Assembly: GCA_951406725.2 (NCBI GenBank)
Contig: OX597822.1
Location: 92,256,001 to 92,320,000, forward strand
Reading direction: 5' to 3'
DNA from: Octopus vulgaris
Lineage: Eukaryota
Length of the DNA stretch: 64,000 nucleotides
The notes beneath the pieces were generated by a model that saw only the letters and a list, made by a program, of their open reading frames with translations, searched no databases and was not told the DNA's origin. The position numbers were made by a program, and so were the translations under genes. How positions within the stretch are numbered: position 1 is the first letter of the stretch; the number at the start of each line of letters is the position of its first letter. Positions 40,071 to 52,689 of the stretch are shown here, piece after piece.

Positions 40071-41085
40071 TTATGCCCTGATGCAATACCAGACAGTGGC
40101 TCTCATGGCTTCTGATCTTAACTGATTGGAAGTGTTATTATGTACATTGTTTTGTCTTGGTATAAAAGATGAGCTACAGCAAATATTCTGCTCAATATCA
40201 CAGATTTGCTTGTCAGTTTGAATGTAACCAGTTGAGCATGTCCCTTGGTGGTTGAGGATATGTGCATCTCTGATCACGGGCAGAAGTAGTGGGGGAACAT
40301 AATAGCCGTGTGTTGAGAAGAATTATTCGGGACTTGAATAATTCACCTGTGGAAACATGGGTGTTTCATTCAACATCCTTAAAGAATCATTATTCAAGGA
40401 CCTTTTGAGTGGGATGGGCTACACAACCTGAAGAAAATTCTAACTGGGCCTTACCTGCAAGGTCATGTGCATGATATAAGATCACCATGTTGCCCACATA
40501 CAGTTGTAATGCATGCGCCTGGTATACCTTTATCAGATGGGTAGTCATGATGAGTTTATTAGGCTTTGTATAATTGTACTCCAGTGTCACAGTGATGGCA
40601 TGCACTGCTCTCTCATTTAATAATAATAATAATAATAATAGCAGTGCCAGGCACTTGCTGTCATGGCTTCTGATCTTAACTGATTGGAAGTATTATCATG
40701 TATATGTTTTGTCTTAGTATAAGAGATGGACTACAACAAATATTCTGCTTTTTGACCTTAACCAGTTGAGGATGTCTCTCAGTGGCTAACAATATGTGCA
40801 TCTCTGATCACAAGCAGAAGTAGTGGGGGATCATCATGGCCATGTGATGAGAGGAATTCTTTGGGGTTTGAATAATTTGCCTGTGGAAACAGGTGTTTCA
40901 TCCAACATCCTTAAACAACCCTTATTCAGGAACATTTTGAGAGGAATGGGGTACTTGACCTGAAAAACATTCTAACTGGGCCCCACCTGCAAGATCATGC
41001 ACTGTTTATCATATGAGGTCAGGATTAGGGTATGTTGCATGCATATGGTTGTAATGCATGTGCCTAATGTGCTCTTATCAGAGAT
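40071..41085. mobile_element. Two tandem copies of a ~550-bp non-coding element embedded in (TAA)n
   Basis: Copy 1 (40071-40617) has (TAA)n on both sides; copy 2 starts near 40640. A third, inverted partial copy lies at about 25420-25705 next to (ATT)n. Confidence 0.75.
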
Positions 41086-42291
41086 TTATCTTAACAAATT
41101 TAAGTCAATTTGTAGCATTTATGAATACAATGATTTCATCAGCACAATCTCTTTTGACAACTTAACAACATTGATATTGGATATTCAGAGCAGTGCTGTT
41201 ACCATCAAGAATGTTAGTAGTCAGTACTAAATGTAGGCGGCTAACAGCAATACCTAAGTCATTAATTATGTTTTTGCTATTTCAACTACACCTTACTAAA
41301 AATCATAGCGAAAATCAGCAAAATACCTTTACACTTTCAATCTTGGAATGTCCCAGTTATATTTCTAACAGGTGAAAAGATAAAAAAAATCTTTTGTTCA
41401 TTGCTTTATATTTTTATAAATTACTTCCGTATATCAGTAATGTAGGCAGAATTGTAATGTATCAGTAATGTAGGCAGAATAAACATTTGGTAGTATAATT
41501 CTTTGCTTGTACTGCCCTTGCCTCCTCTTCCCTTCTCTCCACATTCATTAGTGTGTGTCTGTGCACACACACACACACACACACACACTTCTATTGTTTA
41601 CTCAGTCCTTCTATCGTTTACTAGCTATTAATATCTTTCACATTCTACTTCAGTTTTGTTTAGTAAACAAGTGAGGCTGGCTTCTAGATTTGCATCAAAC
41701 CTTAGATACTTTAATCATGAACTGTCATAGCCAGCATGATTTGCTCTAAGAATTTACTTTAAGCTATTAGTACTAGGCAGAAAGTTTTATAGGCTTCAAG
41801 TTTTATCATCCCCTATAGTATGTGGTATAGTGGAACCTGTAACATAACCTTCAGAAGATAGTTGTGGTGTTTATGCTAAAACTGACTGTGAAGTGTATAA
41901 TTAATGTCAGAAAAATATTTGGTCAAGTAGCAGAGCTGGCACCAGAGAATTTAGTGCTTTAGATGGATCCACAACCATGATACCAAGACCATCTAAACAT
42001 GACTCTCTTCAGAAGGCTGTAGTACCATTTGACAGGAACATGGTATAAAGAATATATATGAAACAAGGCTGTAACTTTAAATGTCTTTAATGCTGACCAC
42101 ATGTATATATACAAGCTGAATGATAAATGGAAATGGTTGATGCATGGAAGCCATGTTCTTCTCCTGTGCATTGCCTCCTGTCTGCTAGCTGGCGTGTGGT
42201 GTGAGAGAGATGACTAGATCACGTCTTTATGGTCTGACATCTTGGCGAGAAAAGAGAAAGTTGTAAGACCTTGTGTCAGAATCTCACACTC

Positions 42292-42307
42292 TAGCGCCAT
42301 CTAGTGA
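42292..42307 (-). promoter_or_regulatory. Candidate CTCF-binding site
   Basis: The minus strand reads TCACTAGATGGCGCTA, one mismatch from the CCACTAGATGGCGCTA core. Motif match only. Confidence 0.5.
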
Positions 42308-43211
42308 GCTTGTTTTAAACCCACTGTCAAAGGAGGTAACTGTGCCTGCAGTGCTCTAGGCTAGGTCTACAATGTACACACACTTCTTCCAGGCCTACAA
42401 TGAGAGTGTCCTCTAGTAATTTTCCACAACATTCCCTAGCCATCACCCTCATTTGCACCAGCTGGAAATATATAATCAAAGAATTATATTTAGCTTGCAA
42501 ACAAAGAAATATGTAGTTTTATAAACATGTGTACCATTGTGTAAATCTGTTACTAGGTAGAATTCGGAATATTTCACACTAGATCAATGTTACAGGGTAT
42601 TATTGAACCACACCTTTTACCCTTCCTTCTCATCAAGTCACGTCATCCACCCACTTTTTGCTCCAAGAGTGATCTCATCTGTTCTATGTATTAATAAGTT
42701 CTTATGTTTATTATAGAATTAAGAAATTTTATCTTTTACATGTTTGTCATTTGACTGTGACCATGCTGGGGCACTACCCTTAAAAATTTTAGTCGAATTA
42801 ATTGATTTCAGTACTTATTTTTTAAAGCTAGGTACTTAATCTATTAGTCTCTTTTGACAAACTACTAAATTACAGGGACATAAATACCAACACTAGTTCT
42901 CCAGCAGGGGTGGGCGACAAACACACAAGCACACACATGATGGGCTTCTTTCAGTTTCCATCTACCAAGCCCAAGGTTTTGGTCAGCCCAACGCTAAGGC
43001 AGAAGACACTCGCTCAAGGTACCATGCAGTGGGACTGAATTTAGAACCATGTAATTGGGAAGCAAACTTGTTATTGTGGTTCCCAGATTTTAGTGCCACA
43101 AGTGATGACCTTGTTTCCTTGTGCAAAACACCAGCCCTGTCAAACAGAAAACTTCTTGGAAAATTATATTTCTAATTTGTATCAATCAAAGTGTATCTTT
43201 TAACAATTTAA

Positions 43212-43428
43212 CCCTTTTGATACCAAACTGCTGGAGACCAACCTTGGTTCTATGATGAAAATTTCCTATTTTAAAGTGGTCTGAATTAAAAGCTTCTATC
43301 AAAATTACTTATTTGTTCCAATGTATCAGTTAAATAATTATAAAATTAGTTTTACTAAATTCTTTATCATTTTATAATTAACTGAAACAAAGGCAGTGAA
43401 TTTCAACAGAAATATTGTAACAAAAGGG
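43212..43428. mobile_element. Diverged piggyBac-type MITE
   Basis: TTAA|CCCTTTTGATAC...GTAACAAAAGGG|TGAA; related to 19803-20023. Confidence 0.7.
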
Positions 43429-45639
43429 TGAATTCTATGCAAATGTATGTATGTGATACTGGAAGGGATTGCATTTTACTCTCATTGTTTATAGTTTCGG
43501 CTAAAATTAAGCTGAATAAATTTTGTGATATTATACTCCAGCATGCCCATAAATGCAGTTGTTTGAATCTAAAGAGCTATGTAGGGTTTCTTCACCAGAT
43601 GAAAGTAACCATGTGTTAATAATCTAGAAGTTGATATTTTAGTCAGGTATGAGGAGACACAGTAGAGGTGTATTAATATTTATAACTTAACTTAGCCATA
43701 TTTTTGAGGGTTGGATGCTGTGAAACAAAGAATTCCACTCTTAACCCAGCAGTTTAGGTTTTATTAGGGACTAAAACAGCTGATCCAACAAAATGCAATT
43801 ACCTAATATGCATAGTAAAATTGATATTAAATACTTTATGTGTGTATATATGTATCAAGGAGTGTTTGTAAATGGTAACTAGACACGCATGAACTCCTAA
43901 GGCACACTCATTGTGCCCATAAAGTAATTAGAAATTTGTTGTAATTGTGATCAGTGTCTATGTGATAATAAATTAATATAAAGAATTAGAGTTGAAAATA
44001 CTGAAATGAAGAAAATATGCTTTGACTTACCTTGTAGCAAACCTGAGGACATCCATATCTATATGTATCTACTTAGTTCTTCAGCTGGTGTAGGAACAGT
44101 TTTTCTTTTTTTATGAAGCTTTGCTGTGAAAAACAATTGACCATGAAAGGTTGAATATAAAGTGACCTGAATACCTCCAGATTGCTCTACTAATAAATAT
44201 AATAAGTTAGAAAACCTAAAACCAAAGAACAATGAGTGTGGTGACTAAGCACATATGAACTTCATATTGCACATCTTAATTTATCTGAGACATTCATCCA
44301 CTGAGAATTTTTTGGCAACTAATTAGAAATTAGATGGGAATAACTAGTTTATTATTTCATGTAACAGCTATTTCTCCATGGTTTCAGATAGAGTTATTTG
44401 TGGCAATATGTTGGATGCTTTTCCTTTTGCCAACACTTACCTGTTTTTCAGGTAAGTGATTTTTTAATTTTGAGGCTGCCATAGCTTAGATCAGTTATAA
44501 ATACCTGCAAGGAATATCAACTTAAGCACCATTCACACACACAGAGACATATATAGATGTTTACATGTGTTTAGCCACTACATAATGCCCTGCAACCTAG
44601 TGGTTTGACAAATGAGACCAATGGAATAAGTACCAGGCTTAACAAAAATTAAGTACTGAAGTCAATTCATCCATCTAAAAATTCTTCAAGGTGGTGCCCC
44701 AGCATAGCCATTGTCTAATGACTGAAATAAGTAAAAGATAAAAGATAAACATCAGATCACAATCCACGTAAAACTAGTGTTGAAAAATGCGCTTTGACCT
44801 ACTTAAAGGTTTAGTACTCTGGTTTTGAACTTAAGCCAAGGCTGTGATGAGGTCAACCAAGTAGTAGTTTTTATAGCCATATCAAATAATGGTTAACCAA
44901 ACTTACATACACTTAGTTTGCTTTGTGGATAGTCCTTGACTAAATTTGCATAGACTGCTAACCAGTGAAAAACAGCTAGATACAAATGCAATTGCTAGTT
45001 TTCTATGCAGTAGAAAAGTACACCAGACAGATTTAAACCAAATATGCTGTATTAACTGTAGAAATAAAAAATATGCAGATATTCTAACCTGCATGTTCAT
45101 TGTAATTGTCTTGGATATAGCCTTAGTGAAATACTTGTAATCCAGCAAAGCAAACCTAGGATTGACCCATTGAATGAATTACTGTGGTATTGCTCATCTT
45201 GAGTAGTATTAGGTATTCCTTACAACTTGATGCAGTTAACCAGAACCTGAATTATAACTGAGTGCTTGTATGGTACTCACCTGGATAATTTATCCCTATT
45301 TATTCATGATATATACAAACATGTGTATGTGTGTGTACAAAGCCAAGTATTTAACAATTTGCCCCTCAATCTCAAGTTTAGAGATTCAGTTCCACTACTT
45401 AATACTTTTGGACAAGTCTATTTCTCCATAACTTTGAGTGACTGTAAGCCTTAAGAAAAGGTACAGCCATACCTAACTTTTACGTTGATATGTTAATCTT
45501 TTTAATGCTAACTACTTTTATTTTTTGTCTGTTTCATTTAAAACATTTTCTTTTAAAATGGTCAAGCACAGGTATGGCCATGTGGTAAAAAGTTTGCTTC
45601 CCAACCACATGGTTTCAAGTTCAGTCCCCACTGCATGGC

Positions 45640-47620
45640 CGATACTGTGTAAAAAGGCTGATATTGTGTAAAAGATACTAGAAAATAAAATAAATAAATA
45701 AAAAAAAATATTAACTTCCAGTGGAAGTCAATCTCAAAGGGGGAGATGATGTGGTGAGAGTCATTGACACCCCTGAGGAATTGGAAGAATGGACTAGCTG
45801 AACTCTTATAAAGAGTAGAGATCATTAGTAGTTCATGGAGAGCGTTTTGGTAGTCTCGTGAAGTACGTCATTGTTGTGTCTTGATTTCGCTCACATGTGA
45901 GTTATTGTTTTGTTAATTTCAGTTACTGAATTGTTGAATATTGTGATTGTTTGAATTTGTTGAAAATTTTATTTGGCTTCCCCATTTATGGGTGAAGCAG
46001 TAAACAATGTAATTATGAATACACAGGTTCAAACAAGCAGTTATGCTGCAGTGACGGGTAAAAGCCTGACAGCTGAGCTACTGCAGATATGTGAACTGGA
46101 AGTAAAGGACAGAGATTTCAAGAAGTTTAATACTTTGTTGAAGAAGGAGGGAGGATACCTAAGGCTGACACCCCCGAAAGAAGTGACAGAGAATACAGAA
46201 AGAAAAATTATTACCTATAGAATGTTGAATATAGTGTCAAAGAAGGTGGAGATAGAAGCCATGGAAGTGATAGAGAAATGCTTAAAGGAAATAGAAGAAA
46301 TAACTACGTTCTACAGCAGAGGACAAAAGTTCAGTACGGTGGAGGTACGCCTCGTTAATGAGAATGATGCAAAGAGATACTCCACCGTAGCCTTGAAATC
46401 AGTGCAGTGGGCATTGTTACCTACTTACTGTGGCAGACATGCAGCCAGAGTGAGGATAGGGAGAGTGCCACCAGAAATTGACAAGGCATGGCTTGTTGCA
46501 GCCATCCTCTATAATACAGAAGAAAATGCAGAAATCCTTAAAATGTCGATGACCGCAGAGGTTAACTGGTGGCCTAGAGGTAATGGTCCATATCAGCCTA
46601 CCAGACCTCCACAAAATTGTCGACGAAATTATATTACCAGATGAAACCAGACTGAGAATCATGGTGGAAAGTAGACCCCCAATATGCTTTGAATGTGGAG
46701 TAAGGGGTCACATGAAGGCCAAGTGTCCCCAGAAACACGAACAGGAGGTTGTGGAGAAAGAGCGTCAGGAAGAAGAAATTGTAATAGCAGAGGAGGAAGA
46801 AGAGTTCACTGTAGTAGAGAAGAGAGGAAATAGCAAATCTCCACTTAAAAAGAAACGAAAGGCGGAGGAAAAGAAAAAGGAAAAAAGAAAAAAATGAGGA
46901 AGCAATGGGAGATTAAACACAAAGGCCAGAGCCTTCAACAAGTAAAGAGGAGGAAAGACAGAAGAGACTAGAAAGCAAGCAACAAATAGAGATGGAAACA
47001 CCAGCAATATGGGCAGAGAGTGAAGAAATGCAGCCGAGAAAGCCACGAAAAGGGAAATACAAAAGAGTGATGGTGTAGAAATAGAAAAAAGAATTGCCAA
47101 AATGAAAGGTGTGATAAGAATTAAGCTGGCAGACAAGGAAGCGAATCGAAATATGAAAGCAGTGTTAGGGGAAGACAAAAGAGTGGCAAGATTGAAAGAA
47201 ATATTTGGAAGTAGGATAGATAATACACCATTACGGTTTCAATATGACAAACTACCACCATTGATAATATTTGAAGAGTTAATACCTTAACTCATAATTC
47301 ATTCGCTAATTGTAGTATGTACCCCACGTTTGTATTGTCTGTCCTTGTGGTGTTCCTTCTATATTTAACCCTTTAGCATTCAGATTACTCCGTCAAATGT
47401 AAAGCCTGTTTAATCATATTGTTTTAAATTAATTGTACAGCATCTTGTAACTCTGAGATTTTGATGATGTCCCTATTTACTTTTAGAATGGCTTTGTAGG
47501 ATAGGTGTGAGAGGTCAGTGCTGGCTGGTTTGAGCATAAAACAGGAAGACAATTTTGGCCTGATATGGCCGGTTTAAACACTAATGGGTTAAGGCTTTAT
47601 GCCTATAGTAAAGAAAAAAC
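45640..47620 (+). mobile_element. Non-LTR retroelement derivative encoding only a disrupted ORF1 (gag-like zinc knuckle)
   Basis: ORFs 45973-46644 and 46583-46897 join across one frameshift. They contain CFECGVRGHMKAKC (CX2CX4HX4C) followed by an E/K-rich region. No endonuclease or RT follows before an A-rich end near 47610. Confidence 0.75.
47369..47588. mobile_element. piggyBac-type MITE in the 3' UTR of the ORF1-only element
   Basis: TTAA|CCCTTTAGCATT...AACACTAATGGG|TTAA. Confidence 0.85.
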
Positions 47621-50600
47621 AAAGTATGTCGTGTGAACATATTGAGTAATCCTCCACTGTATAATTTATCCATACCAACCTGTGGTGGGATATAAAAATT
47701 TGATTGACAGAAACTGAAAGAAGCCTGTCATAAAACCTATATAGTAGATAATTAAACAGGGCTAATTTAACTATTCCTCCATAGATTGAAAAGAAACGAC
47801 GAACAACCTTAATCGATTTTCAAATCTTATTGAATTCTCATCAGCAGTGTCTACATCAATTTGAACAATCCCAGAGAAACAAGCAGCCAGTCTGTGTGTC
47901 TTTGTTTGTTCTCCACCACTGCTTGACGACCAGTGTTGGTGTGCTTACATCCCTGTAACTTAGCAGGTCAGCAATAGAGACCAATAGAATAAGTACTGGG
48001 CTTTAAAAAATAAAATAAAATCTGTGGTCAATTCATTCAACTAAAATCCCCTTAGGCAATGCCCCAGCATGGCTGCACTCTAATGACTGAAACAAGTAAA
48101 AGATAAAAGATAATACGGATATCTTCCCTTAGAACCTTGTTTAAAATTCCAAATACCTGTTCTGTAATGAAAAGTTATTTGACTAAATTTTCTTGATTGT
48201 TTTCAAAACCACTTAAGTGATAAGCGAGATATTACATAAGAAATGTTGTTGCAAAGGGGTTCAGTCAGTATTGAAACATAAAAGGAAGGCCGTTACATAA
48301 AACGATAAAAGCTTAATTTAAATGTTAAGCACTTGAAAACTTTTTGTTTATTAAAGAACCAGAGGTGATCTCAGGCAGGTTGATATTAAAGCAGTTAAAT
48401 GATATTTGCCTATGCTGAATATGAAAATGTGAGGCATTTTGAAAGAGTGAGAGACGAAGCTAATTTATTGTTTATACTTTGGAATGCGTATAAACTAGTC
48501 TGAAGTTTGTCAAAACATATTGATAGAGGGTGTCAAACTGGTACCTCACCTATGGGCTAGGCCTTTACATTCTTGCTCCGTTTTTCATTCTCTCTTGCTC
48601 TCTCACTCTCCTCCTTCTCCTTTCTCAGTCTCTCCTTTCTCACTCTACCTCCTTCCCTGTCTCCTTATCACCCCCCACCCCCATCAGCTAATTATTATAC
48701 AGTGTCCTCCACACCAGAACAGTTGTTACTACATAGTCATTTGTCTTTGGTAATTGTGGTTATGGCAGAGGAGGGAGGGGCAAGTGTAATTACTTATGTT
48801 GAAGTTATGTCTAATTGCTTCTTTCCTATTCTGTCATTCTATCACCACTCCTACCAAATACTTCAATGGAACCTAACCCACCATCCTTTCCTTCTGTCTT
48901 ACTGCAAGCCTCTTCATCATTTTACCAACATATATGGTGAACAGGTCTGTAATCGCTGTAGTCTCACCTGCCCCTATCCCCTCTCATCACCATTTCTACT
49001 TTGTTTTTGTTTTTCATGCATACTACTATAACTGTGTGTATGAGAGACACACAGAGAGAGAGGGGGGAATACACTCATAAACACCCACATATTTTTAGTT
49101 GAACATCTACTGCTAGTGTGTGTGTCTGTGTATGTAATACATAGTACTTGTAGCAAAGCTTATCAAACTCTCTTTGATATTTTGCTATCATTCTTTCCCA
49201 TTATTGTGTTCTAAACATTAGTATCTCTTCACAGAAATTAACTGTGAACCTGCAGTTCGGTGTAACTTCTAAAAACAAAAGCAAATCTTTTTAACCATTA
49301 ATCAGCTCGTGTTGTTTAACATCGGCCCTTACTGCCATTAAGTAGGACAGTCTTTTAAAGTAAGTATGAGGGATTTTTTCTCCTTCTTCTCCTCCCTCTT
49401 TTTTCCGCGCTTATCACAAAAGAATGTTACCTTTAAACCAAAGTTTGATTTCTTTCTTTTAACAGCATGCTACATTATTTTGGTGATAGTATGATCGATA
49501 TATTTCTTGCTAGATTTTGAAAATTTTATTTCATCTATTCTTCACTTGAGTAGATTTACTGCTAAAAAGAGTTCTTTATTTGTTTTTGTAATTCTTTGGG
49601 AAGTTGGCGGGATTACCTGTCAATAAGAAAAATAATTCTGTTTTGTTGACAGAAGCTGGAATTTAATTAATAAACTTGACTGAAACTATTGTCCGATTCA
49701 ACATCACTACTACCTGGCCCTTGACTATCTTTAGTGGTGGCCACTTTGTTCTTAGCTTTATTCTCTAGTTTGATGTTACCTTCTGCTTTGAGGATACCGT
49801 CCTGCTATCAGTCTTGGATGCTCTCTAAAGGAGCACGGGGACTACACATCCTTTTCAATTTAGAAAGAAAAAAAAACTATCTTTCTACTATTCTCAGTTT
49901 ACTTTTTCAAAAATCTCTAAAACATATGAGATGACAGACTTATAAAAATTTTCAGCTTTTCGTTTTTGTTTTTGTTTTTTTTTTAATATTTGTAGTTGTA
50001 TTAATTGAAAGAAACTATGAAAGAACTTTAGATGTTTATGTCTGAACTGTGGCTGACTACCAACTACTATTTCCTTGAGCAGTGCTTAGTCTACTATTAT
50101 TCTTCACTACTTCAATACCTTTAGTTTACCACTTTTGGTGATCTATGACGGTGGATTCCAAGATTTTCTTGGAATTATTGCTGCTTGTATAACTAGTAGA
50201 CTTGTACTGATGATGTTTTTTTCTTAACAGGTTCACAGCTATTTTTGTGATTTTTATATCAACATAGTTTCTGCCAAGGAGAATGTGTATGTTTTGCTGC
50301 TACTGCTACTTACATTGCATAGAATTTAATAAACACTAAGAAATACTACAATATTGTGTATAACCTCACATTTATATTGTAAATAATAATTTTTAACATA
50401 GACAGTAGAAGGCTTTACATTTTTAGGTCAGTTAATTTAGACACTAGTACATGACTGGTGCTTATTTTATGCATTCTGGAAAGATGAAAAGCTAAGATCA
50501 CCTTGGAACTTACACCTTAAATATCATTTGCTATTATGTTTTCTCTTACTTGATTTTACAATTTAGGCAAAGATAATTATTTAAATTTCGGAGATATATT

Positions 50601-50647
50601 ATTTGCATAGCAAATGACCTGATCTGAGATCGTGTGCTGAAACAAAA

Positions 50648-50924
50648 ACAATTGCAGCGTGGAAGGTGTTTATAAGCCATTTAAAAAACACACAAAAACC
50701 CATTAGATTCACTTCAACGTTTAAATTTAATTTGTCAAAATATTTTCATCACTTTGAAACCGCGACTTGTTCACTGACAAAATTTTGTGATATAGCATGG
50801 AATTTTATCAGTGAACAGGTTGTGGTTTCAAAGTGACAAAAATATTTTGACAAATTAAATTTAAATGTTGAAGTGAATCTAATGGTTTTTGTGTGCTTTT
50901 AAATGGCTTGTACACTGCAATTGT
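50648..50924. repeat. Long imperfect palindrome, probably a foldback MITE
   Basis: Arms of about 110-130 bp, e.g. AAGCCATTTAAAA..CCATTAGATTCACTTCAAC..TTCACTGA versus TCAGTGAA..GTTGAAGTGAATCTAATGG..TTTTAAATGGCTT, with a short central loop. Confidence 0.85.
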
Positions 50925-51309
50925 AATTATATAGCAATTAATTATTGACCTGAAGGCTTTCATATAATGCATACAGTTGTAACTTATCCTTCCTTGTATG
51001 TATATATTATAGAGACACACTATAATAAACCTAAAATTGTTAACCCTAACTTATATTTGCATGTAATTGTCGAAATATTTGTCCTTAATTGCATAATACT
51101 TTGCACTGAATTTTTTAAATGTCTGAAATGAGTTATTGTTAAAAGGATTATCAATTTTTGGTTTATTAGCCTCATCTTTAGAGATGAACAAATTGTAATA
51201 TTTACATAAACACAAGCATGCTTATGTGGATACAGAGATCAGTACATAATTACAAGATTTTTGGTTCTACCTGCATATTGGGTTAGACTATGGCCATGCT
51301 GGTGCACCA

Positions 51310-52010
51310 CCAGTATAGTCACTTTTTCAATGGCCAATCTTATGTGGTTGGCTTTTGGTGAAGAAGAGAGTTTGATATTACTGTCCTTGTTTGAGTTTCT
51401 TTCCATGATGTAGGCTCATCTGAGATCTGGGACAACAGAAAGACAAGGTGCTTCTTGGAAACTTCTACCCAACTTCACATTGATCTTTCAGGTTTTTTGA
51501 CAAGATACTAAATATCTGTGGGTCTTTGAACCTCAAACGATGGCAGGACCTGGTTCTCACTCTAGCTGGATGGATAGGACCTTTAGAACATTGCAGTGGC
51601 ATGCTGTTTGGAAACTGGTATTACTCTTGGTGCTGGTTCCTCTAGAATCTTCCACATGTATATTACCACATATGTCTCCTGCCTTCACTCCAGGGTGTAG
51701 TGTCACAATTCTTTCAGTCATTGATGCAATCTTCTTGGTGTAGTACTGCTGAACTGCCTCAAGTTCCACTGTTAGTTTGACACTGTGGGGTAATCATAGT
51801 TAAGAGTATTAGTCCAGATGGCCGAGAACAAATATTCTCCATAGTTTCCTGGTCTCTTGTTATGAAAGTTCTCAGAATCCAGCCAACCATTTGCTTGCAC
51901 ATTGCCACCATCTTGGTGATATGTACATGAAATGATGCATCATTGCTCATGTCAATTCTCAGATCCTGTGCTGTGTTTCACTCTGGGATTGTTGTGACTT
52001 TGGGCCCAAG
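51310..52010 (-). mobile_element. CR1-group LINE 3' ORF2 fragment
   Basis: MSNDASFHVHITKMVAMCKQMVGWILRTF...ELEAVQQYYTKKI is typical of the CR1 post-RT region. Confidence 0.8.
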
Positions 52011-52275
52011 ATATTTTTGTTGTCAACTTCCAGTATTGACATAAGAACAGTGAAGTCTCTCACTCTATTTTAATGTTTTCATTTCAAGTTTTAATTCACT
52101 ATTTGTAAACAACTACGATAGATTACTGAAAGAAATATTTACTAAGTTCACAAATTTGAATATTCAGTTCAAAATAGTTTTCAATGTGCTTTTATTTATA
52201 TGATTTTTTCATTCCATGTTTATCTCATTCATTGTTTGCAATGTTCTCCCCCCCTCTCTCTCTCACTCACACACA

Positions 52276-52322
<47 letters not shown>

Positions 52323-52546
52323 GATTTCGTTATTACACAAATATCACATTAATATTTTGCGATTCAACATGGGGCATCCAAAGAATATGGGCATTATTTT
52401 GCTTGAACTCGCACACTTCGTTAATTTCCGTAAAGATTTTTTAATTTGTATACATTTATGTATGTGTGTGTGTGAGTGAGTGAAGGGATGTGTTGTCATG
52501 TATATGTACATGCATAAATACATATGCATACATCTTTTTTGTATGT

Positions 52547-52577
<31 letters not shown>

Positions 52578-52602
52578 CGATGTCTAAATGGCACTCACTC
52601 AC

Positions 52603-52636
<34 letters not shown>

Positions 52637-52689
52637 CTGTCCATTTCATCTGATGTTTGGTACTCTATGTATCTGTGTGTGTGTGCATG

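Noticed and set aside
46765-47178. 137-aa hydrophobic minus-strand ORF
   Set aside because: Antisense shadow of the purine-rich ORF1 tail.
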